Source of the DNA: Marsupella aquatica
Lineage: Eukaryota; Plantae; Marchantiophyta
Direction of reading: 5' to 3'
Assembly: GCA_973895155.1 (NCBI GenBank)
Contig: OZ316895.1
Span: 12,769,263 to 12,833,262, forward strand
Length of the DNA stretch: 64,000 bases
Positions within the stretch are counted from its first letter, which is position 1, and each line of letters begins with the position of its first letter. Made by a program: the position numbers and the translations under genes. This document shows positions 26,273-36,104 of the stretch, in pieces. The notes beneath the pieces are model-generated. The model was not told where the DNA came from. It did no database searches and saw only the letters and a program-made list of their open reading frames with translations.

Positions 26273-28115
26273 TCTACTCGAGGCGAACATTTGTGTGTAA
26301 AATGTTTCATCCTTCCAACGTTTTCTCCTGTAGTGCTCTACGATGTCTTGATGCTAGAAATGCTGAATAGAATCTGGACGTTTGGCGCTTGTGGTCAAAA
26401 CTCCTCCTATTCATTCGTGTCCCGAAATGGTAGCCTACTGTCACGCTAGCCTACCGTTATGTACTTATGTCTCCAGGAACAGCTACTGTACTAATGTGGG
26501 CCTCTACTCATCTACTGAACCTTTTGTACGATGCGACGAACAGTGGCATGTATAACTCAGCGAGCAGTCAGTCTGTTGCGCATAAGTCAATGAAAACAAA
26601 TGGAATGACGTCCTCCAGATTGATACTGTAGTTATGAGAAGCGGCGGGGGCTGATTTGGCGGCTGTGGCGGGAAAGAATGCTATAGCACGACGGATTGCA
26701 GAATTCTGCAGCTCATCGCAGCTCAAAAACCGGTGGAAGACGTGCAGAAAGCGAACTTTGGCAGAGTAGGAAACGATATCCTAGGAGGAGGGCGTGACCG
26801 ACAAGGAAGAATTGGCAGGTCGAGTGACTGGTACCGCCTGGCGGCCGCTGGAATTTTCGCAGGTGAGCTAGACAGGGAAGCCAGAGCCTGTATTCTCACT
26901 TGTCTGGTTTGGATTTGGAGGACCCAAACGACCACTGCTTTACTTTCCGTTGTGTTCAGGAGGTTGGTTAAGACACAGAGATAATGATTGAATGAATGGC
27001 TGAATTGTTTGTTTGTACTTTGTTGGTCCTTTTTTCAGTAAATTCGTTGTCCTTTGGTTCGGATGAGCCGATTTTGAAGGTCAAGCGCCATGCGGCGGCA
27101 CCCTTGTGCTCGGTATTTCACCTCCCGTCCTCTTGGGACATTTTGATTACTTCAGTTCTGTTGAATCAGATTGCTTCTAGAAGAGAGAGGGGCAGTAGTA
27201 TGGAAGATATATGAAGCGATCAACAAAGCTCAAGCTGGATGGCAATCAGTACCACTTTTAGATTTCCACCTGATAAATTGATTCGGAGGGTCGCAAATGT
27301 TGAAACGCCCACAGATCGATTTCAGGACCACTGTCTCGTATTGATAGTGGAAATTTTAGTCGCCCGTTCATTCGAGTTTCAGAACCGACGTTGTGGCAAA
27401 GTAGGTATGGACAGGCTACCCCACTCTCAAGTGGAAGGCTGGCTATCACGGTTCGGAGGAGAATGAACCCAGGAGAGAAAATCTCCAGAATTGGTTCGAC
27501 AGGATCGTTTTTCCTGAAATTCTCCCCTAGACGCTAAACCCTGTCTCTCTCGTTAAACCCTGACACTCCCTGTCTTGCCTTGAGATGCAGCTGAGCAAAG
27601 GCAACCGAGACTTCTTTCCGAACATTCTCATGTAGGCCCTAAACGCTGGCGATGACGTTTCCTCCTTAAACCCCTCACTCCTCTCTCATTGTGATGCAGG
27701 TAAGAAATGCTTGAAAGTTTGTTTCGACTCCGCTCCGGGCAGTCTTCTTGGCGATGATTTAGTTGGTAGCCTGCTTCTTTACCTTGCCCAGGAGGCAGAG
27801 ATTGGGTGAGATGACGAAAAAATGGAGAACATGGACTGGCTGCATTAGACCCCGTCAGTCGGCTGCAGAAACAGCAATGGGCAGCCTCGAGATCTTGCTA
27901 GGCAATTGAGAAAGTGATGAGAATATCTGTCATCGAGTGAGATGACGATGAGTAGGGTGGGGCGATGACGATGGAATCGTCTACTGCAGGCAGGGCACTG
28001 GGGAGAGGGGCGATGTTCTAGTTTAGAGTGTGTTGAGCCTGATGATAACTCAAGGGTTCCTGCTCCAGGGCGGACGGCGCCAATCAAGTAGGGGGTGGTG
28101 GGAGGATTACGTGCA

Positions 28116-31100
28116 ATGAAGAGTCCTGCCATCTCAATGGGTGCAATGCCCGGATGGGTGGTGGGGACTGGAGGAGCACGCAGGAGCCGCTTCCTCACAT
28201 TCAGATTCGTCTATGCAGCTCAATCGTGGGCACATTCATCTTCTTACATTGGATTGTCGAATCGTAAGCTGTGTCAGCGGTTGCAGCAGGAGCACAAGCC
28301 TGCGAGCATTGGGTTCTTCGCTCTGAAGAACAACGGTATTGTATTGGCCATACCCGCACCTTTCCCCTGCCGGAGCTCGACATTCTTGTTGAATCGTCAC
28401 CACGTTCTAAAGCAGCAGCGCCTTGACAGACCTCACCAATTCATCAGCTTCGGTGGCATAATCAATCCCCTGTTTTCAGGATCACACGTCACGGCCAGCA
28501 GATGCTTGCAAAGCTCAGGAACTCGACGCGCAAAAGCGAAAGGAGGGAAGGGGAAAGACGTGCTCAAGCCAGGAGACAGCAAGTACATCGACTGGTGGGA
28601 GCAGAAAATGAATCAATGCCAGAAACCCTCAACTCGAGAGCTGATCAAGCGTCTGGTCTCAGACAACCTCCTGGGGCTCGACAGCACCCTTCGAAATGGG
28701 ACCCTGAAAGAGGGAGCGCTGTCTTATGATATACTGGAAATTAAGAGAAGGTTCCCTCACGAAGTGATTCTCACGAGAGTGGGGGAGTTTTACGAAGCTT
28801 CAGGATTTGATGCTTGTGTCTTGGCAGAGTATGCAGGGCTCAATCCCATGGGGGGTTTGACGAATGCAACCACTGTGCCGAGAGCTGGCTGCCCAATTGA
28901 CAACCTGAGACAAACTTTGGATGCTTTGACGAGGAATGGTTTTTCCGTCTGCATAGTGGAGGAGGTCAAGGGTCCAACCAATAGCAAGAAGAGGAAGGAA
29001 CGTTTCGTTGCTGGCCATGCACATCCAGGTAGTCCTTATGTCTATGGTCTAGCTGAAGCAGACTTTGATGTGGATTTTCCAGATCCGGTGTCCATAATTG
29101 GAATCTCACGGTCTGCATCAGGGTACTGTTTGATCTCCGTGGTGGAGCTCATGAGGAGCTTAACGGTGGAAGGTCACCTCACAGAAGAAGCTGTTGTAGC
29201 CAAATTGAGGGCAATGTCTTTCCAGAGACTTTTCCTCCACAAGTCTTTGAGGGATCAGTCCACAGACACGGTACGTTGGGGGGAATTTGGAGAGGGTGGA
29301 TTGCTATGGGCAGAATGCCGAAGCCAGAATCCCGAGTGGTATGAATCAGATCCAGTGGCCGAACTTCTTTCAAAGGTGAGGGACCTCTATGACATGGAAG
29401 CGGATGCTGAGTTTCGGAGAATTATCTCGCCTCCTGGCGAGCGACCTCGTCCTCTGAATGTTGGCACTGCTTCCCAAGTGGGAATACTTCCCACTCAAGG
29501 CGTTCCCAGTTTGCTCAGAGTGCTCCTCTCCCCGGACATGAATGGTCTCTGCGTGGCCTACTTGAGGGACCTGCTTCTTAATCCGCCACCATACCGTGTC
29601 GCGGCTTGCATTCAGCAACTGCTGCGCCACATAATTCAAATTGATCGACCCGTTCCGGACTTTCATTGTGTGTCATCTGCCAAACTTGTGAAGCTCGTTG
29701 GTGCAAAGGAAGCCAATCATCTCGAATTCGCCCGAATCAAGCACATGGCCGAGGATGTGCTTCTGATGGAGAATGATCCACAGCTGTCCTTGCTTTTGGG
29801 GTGGCTCCTCGACCCAACGTGGCTGGCTACAGGGCTTCGCTTGGATCGGGATCAGCTGATCAAAGATTGCAACTTCCTGGTGGAGAGGCTGGATGATGTA
29901 CTTGCTCCTGCCGGGGACCCTTGCAATGCGATCAGTAGGACCCAGTTTGTCCCGGACGAGTTTTTTGACCACATGGAGGTTCGGTGGAAGGCGAGAGTGA
30001 GGAGAGAACACTTAGAGAAGGCCTACTCAGATGTAGATAGAGCTGCTGCATCTCTCTCTGATGCCATAGAGGCAGACTTTCGGCCCATAGAGCTTAGAAT
30101 CAAGGCCATGGCTTCCCCTATAGGTGGAGGAGGAGGTGCCTGTGGAGAAATATGTTACAGCCTCTCGAATCGTGCTGTGTGGTTCAAAGGGAAACGATTT
30201 CGTCCCACATTGTTGAGCGGGGGACCTGGGGAGGAAGAAATCAAGCGATTGAAGGAAGCGAAGGATGGGAAAGGGAAGAAAGTTGGTGAAGATTGGTACA
30301 CTACCGATCGGGTGGATCACGCCTTAGAATACTATAGGTCCGCTGTGGAAAGAGCGTCCAATGCAGTGTTAGAGCTTCTCAGAGACGTATCAGAGGAGCT
30401 TCAATGTAAATTGAATGCCATTGTGTTCATAGCAACTTTGTCAATCATCGCCAAGACCATGTTTGCACATGCTAGTGAGGCTAAGAGGCGAAGATGGGTT
30501 GTCCCTGCTCTGGCAGAGGACTTCTCTGACGGTGTCTGTAATGCAGATGTTGCAGTAAAGAACGGAGGAGGTCATGCATCCCCATCCATACGGCTGAAGG
30601 ATATGTTCCCGTACTGGCTAGACAAGACCCAAGACCAGGTTGTTCTCAACAACGTTGATCTGCAGTCTATGATTCTCCTCACCGGCCCTAACGGTGGTGG
30701 TAAGTCCAGCATTCTCAGATCAGTTTGTGCAGCCACACTCCTTGCTACTTCTGGACTGATGGTGCCCTGCCGTATGGCAGTGGTGCCAAGATTGGACTGT
30801 ATCATGCTTCGGATGATGATTGCTGACAGTCCTGCAGATAGTAAGAGCTCATTTCAGATGGAGATGTCTGAGCTCCGAACAATTTTGAACGAAGCAACTA
30901 AGAAATCTCTCGTTCTGGTGGATGAGCTCTGCAAGGGGACGGAGGTTAACAAGGGCACATTCATTGTAGCTAGTGTACTGGAACACCTTGACCAGATTGG
31001 ATGCTTGGGTGTGATTTCCACGCACCTGCATGGTCTCCTAGACATGGACCTGAATGTCGAGAGAGTAGTGCGGAAGGCCATGGGCGTCCAGTCTGTTGGT

Positions 31101-31961
31101 TATCAACTGAGACCGACCTGGAAACTAGTTGATGGAGAATGCCGTGAGAGTCTGGCATTTGATACAGCCAGAAAAGAAGGTGTAGCTGAAAGTGTGGTGA
31201 GAAGGGCCGAGGAATTTTACCAAGTATGGAAGAAGACAATAGATACTGGGATAATGGGACAGGATTCAAGCATCAGGGATGAGAGTTCACTCTATGTCGA
31301 TGTAAGCGTCCGCACTAGAGGAATGTGCCAAACAACCGAATCTGTTTCCAGCACGGACAAAAACTCGGCAAAAGACGGGTTAGATTGTGAAACGGGCTTC
31401 TTAACTGAAGATGCAGAAGATTCCAGGTCCAGACATTCGTCTTCTACCACGGAAAGACCTTTAAATGGCCGTTCCTCACTCAACTCTCTCCAGATAATGG
31501 AGTTAACAGAAGAAGATAAACACGGAGCACTGGATGACCTACAGCACGTCCTGATGATGATTTGCACGAAGAAGCTGAGTGATTTGTACGGGGCTCGTTC
31601 TGGCAAGGAGGGAAACTGCCAATGCTTTGCAATAGGTCCACGGCAGAAGCCTCCTCCCATGGTGACGAACCAGTCTTGTGTGTACATATTAAAGCGCCCT
31701 GATGGGAAGCTGTACGTTGGCCAAACTGATAATATGTCAGGTCGGATGGAAAGGCATCGCTCTGCACCAGGTCTGCATGAAGCTCCATTTTTGTACGTCC
31801 CACTCCACAATAAAAGTGTGGCTTGTGAACTAGAAACTTGCCTCATCAAGCAACTTCCGTCATATGGTTTCTCTCTTGTGAATAGAGGAGATCAAAATCA
31901 TAGATATTTTGGGACTGCCTCTCTCTTAGAGAGCAGTAGCGAAGAAGCCCCCCCTTTTTGA
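28116..31961 (+). CDS. MSH1: Organellar MutS homolog 1, single coding exon (~1281 aa from the first ATG)
   Basis: Mismatch-recognition motif RVGEFYEA; AGLNPMGG, AGCP, GHAHPGSPYVYGL; Walker A LTGPNGGGKS; SSFQMEM; Walker B LVDE; STHLH; ESLAFDTA; C-terminal GIY-YIG (CVYIL...LYVGQTDN...RMERHR...LET...LVN). Arg/Ser-rich presequence-like N-terminus. The track ORF starts at GTG 28095; the first ATG is 28116. Confidence 0.97.
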   Translation: MKSPAISMGAMPGWVVGTGGARRSRFLTFRFVYAAQSWAHSSSYIGLSNRKLCQRLQQEHKPASIGFFALKNNGIVLAIPAPFPCRSSTFLLNRHHVLKQQRLDRPHQFISFGGIINPLFSGSHVTASRCLQSSGTRRAKAKGGKGKDVLKPGDSKYIDWWEQKMNQCQKPSTRELIKRLVSDNLLGLDSTLRNGTLKEGALSYDILEIKRRFPHEVILTRVGEFYEASGFDACVLAEYAGLNPMGGLTNATTVPRAGCPIDNLRQTLDALTRNGFSVCIVEEVKGPTNSKKRKERFVAGHAHPGSPYVYGLAEADFDVDFPDPVSIIGISRSASGYCLISVVELMRSLTVEGHLTEEAVVAKLRAMSFQRLFLHKSLRDQSTDTVRWGEFGEGGLLWAECRSQNPEWYESDPVAELLSKVRDLYDMEADAEFRRIISPPGERPRPLNVGTASQVGILPTQGVPSLLRVLLSPDMNGLCVAYLRDLLLNPPPYRVAACIQQLLRHIIQIDRPVPDFHCVSSAKLVKLVGAKEANHLEFARIKHMAEDVLLMENDPQLSLLLGWLLDPTWLATGLRLDRDQLIKDCNFLVERLDDVLAPAGDPCNAISRTQFVPDEFFDHMEVRWKARVRREHLEKAYSDVDRAAASLSDAIEADFRPIELRIKAMASPIGGGGGACGEICYSLSNRAVWFKGKRFRPTLLSGGPGEEEIKRLKEAKDGKGKKVGEDWYTTDRVDHALEYYRSAVERASNAVLELLRDVSEELQCKLNAIVFIATLSIIAKTMFAHASEAKRRRWVVPALAEDFSDGVCNADVAVKNGGGHASPSIRLKDMFPYWLDKTQDQVVLNNVDLQSMILLTGPNGGGKSSILRSVCAATLLATSGLMVPCRMAVVPRLDCIMLRMMIADSPADSKSSFQMEMSELRTILNEATKKSLVLVDELCKGTEVNKGTFIVASVLEHLDQIGCLGVISTHLHGLLDMDLNVERVVRKAMGVQSVGYQLRPTWKLVDGECRESLAFDTARKEGVAESVVRRAEEFYQVWKKTIDTGIMGQDSSIRDESSLYVDVSVRTRGMCQTTESVSSTDKNSAKDGLDCETGFLTEDAEDSRSRHSSSTTERPLNGRSSLNSLQIMELTEEDKHGALDDLQHVLMMICTKKLSDLYGARSGKEGNCQCFAIGPRQKPPPMVTNQSCVYILKRPDGKLYVGQTDNMSGRMERHRSAPGLHEAPFLYVPLHNKSVACELETCLIKQLPSYGFSLVNRGDQNHRYFGTASLLESSSEEAPPF

Positions 31962-34349
31962 AATCGTCATAAGATTGGTCAGGTTAGAATTCGGCTCAAG
32001 TTATTGCTTGAGATCGAGCACTGTTTCTGAGAACGCTATAATGTGATGTCCATTCTCAGATAAGCAAGCACAGCAAATAAACAAATCTTCAACTGTTTTG
32101 ATACTCCCACGAGTCCAATCTTCCACCTTTCAAAGGCGTGATTGCATCTGGTCTCTCAACTTGACTCGCAAATGATGCATTTGAACTTCGACATGGTAGA
32201 TGCTGTGGTAAAGGCCAATTGCTGGGGATCAAAATGCTTTCTGTGATCTAATGCGTGCAAGTCCTACAGGAAGGTTGTCCGCCGTAATGAATGCCCATCC
32301 GTTCAATTGAGAGAAATCTACTGCAGGAAGGGCTATCTATCATGGCTTCTGGTACATAATCCTCGTAGGCCAGAGTAACATACTTTGGTCGTTAGATGTT
32401 TCTGGCAAACTAGTTTTGTTGAGATGGACAAGCTACCTTCGGTGTTGATTCGGATAATGCCCTCATTTCTCTTAGTCTCACCTGGACAGCCGATCAAACA
32501 CGACGTCTTCTCTAGCAGTTGAATGGATCCGTCATAGGCAGATGAATACATCACATGGGAATATAGAAAGGTGACATATCTCTGAACTGACCATAAAGAT
32601 ATGCTCGGCGCTATCAATCTCTTAGTGGATGGGAAATTTTTAAAACCTCGAAATGGATCCAAGAGAAGTGAAAACAAGCTACAAGTTGTTTGAGACATTT
32701 CCAGCCCTGGAGTGATTTGTCAGAGCTAAAATCTCAAACAAGAATTTCACATGTCATTGTAGAGCGTTGCCCAAAGTGAGGTAGAATTTACAGCCTGATT
32801 CATTTGCTGGTTTATAGGAATGCTCTGTAAGAAAGTCACAGCTGTGAATCTTGTACAGCGTCGATCAAAAGGTCACGAGAGCGGTTCAAACAATTTCTCT
32901 AAGAGTACCTGCAAGATCGCTCAATCACCAGTGTACTCTATGGTAATGGCCCTATGTCTCGTGGTCACCCGTGCTGTCGAATTCTGGGGTCTAGGTATAC
33001 AAGAAAGGGAATGAATCTAAATCCAACAATTGTAAACACTGTTTTCAAAGAGACCCTTCCTGTCCAGCTGCATAATCGCTTCCATATCCCAGGGTTTCCC
33101 AGGTCAGGGAGTGAGTCATATGAACGAAGGGATGAGATTCGACCAAATAGGGATTCATAATAACTCGCCACCAACTAACCCACCCACCCCCGTCAACAAC
33201 CCACAAGCCTTGAAGAAAAAGTCCCTCTACTGCAGAGGACTGTACTGTCCTAAACTCAAATTATTACCGCAATGTCCACCCATTTGAAAGGATTACCGAA
33301 ATTGTCAAGTCTTCATCGAATCGGCTCGTTACTTGGCTTTACTGAGTTACTCTTTCAGCTTCTTACCTTGGTAACAAAGCTTTGCTTGAGGCAACAGTAA
33401 CCGAGAGTTTTGCAAGTTGAAACAGTCTCGCGTCGGGATAGAGATGACAATTCAGATGGTACGCGAGATCTCTCAGCTGTCTGAGTTGGGTAAGGGGCGA
33501 GCGGTCGACCATCTCATGACCTTTAGACGCGTAACGTGCTGGCACGATGTAGATCTAATTGTGATTCACCACAGAATTTCCGTGTACAGAAGCCAGTGCC
33601 TTCAAGGAATTGACTCAATGAAAACAAGGCGCGCTTGAACACTTAGTAAATAAGCAGATATGCATAACATTTCCGAGCGACAAGGAGGGACAAAGAATTC
33701 AGATGAATGAATTGATTCACGGATACATATAACTTGGAGATCTTCATCGAGACCATCTTCATCTAATCTAGTGCTACACAAGTCTTCATGGATGGTCTCT
33801 GTAGAGATCCAGCAATACAGACTAGGCTGCAAAGCTACAAATTGAATAATTGTTCACTGCATCCCAGGAGGATGGAAAAATCGTCAAATTGATATTGAAT
33901 AATTTCTCAGGGTGCCAGTCGATGACCTGTGATGCTGACCAACCCGCAGTATCAAAACGTTTGCATCGATGGCGATGGAAGTTTTAATTTGCCATTGACA
34001 CTCCTACGTGGCAATAAATGTTTTTTTTTGGTTTCACGAAGGGCAGACAACGAGCCCCGGCCTAAATCTAAAAAACACCGCTCGTTCAGCTAACACTTTT
34101 CTCTTCCGGCAGAAGAAGATCTGGTCAGCAGACCTCTGCTCCCTGAAGACTTGCTGCATGGGGTGCTATCTGGGTGCTATCTAGTTGCGTTACAGATGCA
34201 CGAACTTTATACACATAAATTAACACTATGATGATGTTGAACTGTTTCAACCTGGTCCATGTTGGCCGCATGGAAAATCCTGAAACATCCTTCATAACGA
34301 GCAAGCCACCACAATGAAACTATGTATGAAATTTCGACGGATAGGGGGC

Positions 34350-36104
34350 TCAACCCACGAGGTTTCCCACCACAATTCGAACAAATGAAAGGTAGCATAG
34401 GTTGTCTAAAATACGCAAATGCCGGGACAATCTGCCGATGGTTCCCAACAGCCAACCTAATCCGAGTCCTTTCCTCGGAGCTTTGTAGCAACAGGCCGTA
34501 ATGTTCATGTGCATCATCAAGTGTGCGCATGCTCTGCACCGTTTGGTTACTTCTTTCGTTGATCTCACGAGCACATTGCTCTCCCCCAGCTCAGATCTGG
34601 GAGCCCACCCACCGCTCTTGGATCTCTCCAATCTCCAGGACTTTGACCGACCCAGAGACCGAGCGAATATTTGCTTGCCTGCAGACATGGTGCGTGAGAA
34701 CGAAGGACTGCACGATCTACCACCTTCAGTTCCCAACGGCCGGGGACTACAACCTCTGCAACCTACCCCCTCCTGCTGTCGAGCACATTGAGTCACAACT
34801 ATAGATGGCGATTCTCCATCGCTTGACTCACGGCGAAATTGGATCTGGCAGTCCATGGACAGATCACCCTCCGGAGCAGTGAACCGTACGACCAAGCTCT
34901 GCTGCTGCTGCTTTCCATCCAACTCAGACCCCTTTTTGCCCAATCCTTGGTTGTCGGAGTAATCACTAACCTGATCGATCATATGATGTGGGGAGGAATC
35001 CAGTTTGGCATAATCCTCCTGAAGCCTGGACGATTTCAGAGGAGGACAACCAAGTGAAATGTCGCGCCTCACTCTCACATGCGAGAGTGACCTCAGAATG
35101 CCATTTTCATAACATTCAAGCATATGCTCCTCAATCATGGTCACATCAAATCCAGCACCAAAAGCAAAACCCAGTTGAGAGTGCCACATATTCATATCAT
35201 CCGCGCTGGCCAGCACCAAGGATTTCTCAAGGGGGCCCTCAGTGTCCAGCATGACAATGTGGCCAGCAAACGCATATGATCCGGTCATTCCAGAAGGGAA
35301 GGCTAGCTTCATGAATCCCCGGAAGAGGAATTTGATCAATGAGGGGACCCTCCTCTCGATCCCAGATATCAAAGCCGCCAGTGGAACCCCGGGGAGCAAA
35401 CTCAACGCACTCTGCAAGACGAAGAGCCCCTCTAGGTGATCCTCATCAGCATAGACAAGCTTCTGGAGAGTGGAAACGAAAGGGAGGATTTTGGGGACCA
35501 CGTCTCGTCTCGAGACGATGTGGGTGAAGACCTCTTTGTAATTGGAATTGATCATTTCGGCCAGGCGGCAGGAGGCGAACAGAGGGCAGCCAAAAGTGAT
35601 ACAGTGGACCTGTTCATCGTAAAGCCCTTTGGACGATTCCAGCACTCGCAAGCTCAGCAATGACGCCACTGCTCCGCCTAGAGAGTGGCCCGTGAAGATG
35701 AGCTCCTCGCCTGCACCAAGAAGCTTGCAAAAAAAGTCGATAGGGACGCTCTCTGCGCGTTCGGCAAATCCCCAGTGAGCTGCTGCGCCTTTGACGAACG
35801 AGAGTCGGCTCTGGAGGTACTTGAGATCGGCCACAACGTCTCTGAATCCTGCCGTGCCCCGGCAGGCCACTACGATACGTCCGGTCGGGCTCCTGGCCAC
35901 GAAAATCGCCTGCTTGTTGTCCTCATCTTGTTCGAATCCGTAAGAGATTAGAGGCTCCACCTTCCCAATCCTACGATGCAAATCTTGCAGCACTGCGTCC
36001 GGTGTTGGCTCGTACACTGACATAGAGAAGAAGAGGGACTCCATAATGTGGCTGTTGAGCTCAGGCGAAGGTGAACTTCCAGGATCCAGTCGACTGAGCT
36101 CCAT
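34350..36104 (-). CDS. Class 3 lipase / alpha-beta hydrolase family protein, 584 aa, single coding exon
   Basis: VVACRGT, AHWGF, nucleophile elbow FTGHSLGGAVA, CITFGCP, RRDVVP (Asp), EEHMLECY (candidate His); low-complexity C-terminal half. Confidence 0.88.
   Translation of the reverse strand: MELSRLDPGSSPSPELNSHIMESLFFSMSVYEPTPDAVLQDLHRRIGKVEPLISYGFEQDEDNKQAIFVARSPTGRIVVACRGTAGFRDVVADLKYLQSRLSFVKGAAAHWGFAERAESVPIDFFCKLLGAGEELIFTGHSLGGAVASLLSLRVLESSKGLYDEQVHCITFGCPLFASCRLAEMINSNYKEVFTHIVSRRDVVPKILPFVSTLQKLVYADEDHLEGLFVLQSALSLLPGVPLAALISGIERRVPSLIKFLFRGFMKLAFPSGMTGSYAFAGHIVMLDTEGPLEKSLVLASADDMNMWHSQLGFAFGAGFDVTMIEEHMLECYENGILRSLSHVRVRRDISLGCPPLKSSRLQEDYAKLDSSPHHMIDQVSDYSDNQGLGKKGSELDGKQQQQSLVVRFTAPEGDLSMDCQIQFRRESSDGESPSIVVTQCARQQEGVGCRGCSPRPLGTEGGRSCSPSFSRTMSAGKQIFARSLGRSKSWRLERSKSGGWAPRSELGESNVLVRSTKEVTKRCRACAHLMMHMNITACCYKAPRKGLGLGWLLGTIGRLSRHLRILDNLCYLSFVRIVVGNLVG

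Noticed and set aside
28095-36104. MSH1 and lipase as a bacterial or viral horizontally transferred block because both lack introns
   Set aside because: MSH1 has plant-type sequence throughout, with a presequence; the genes are convergent with no operon-like structure.
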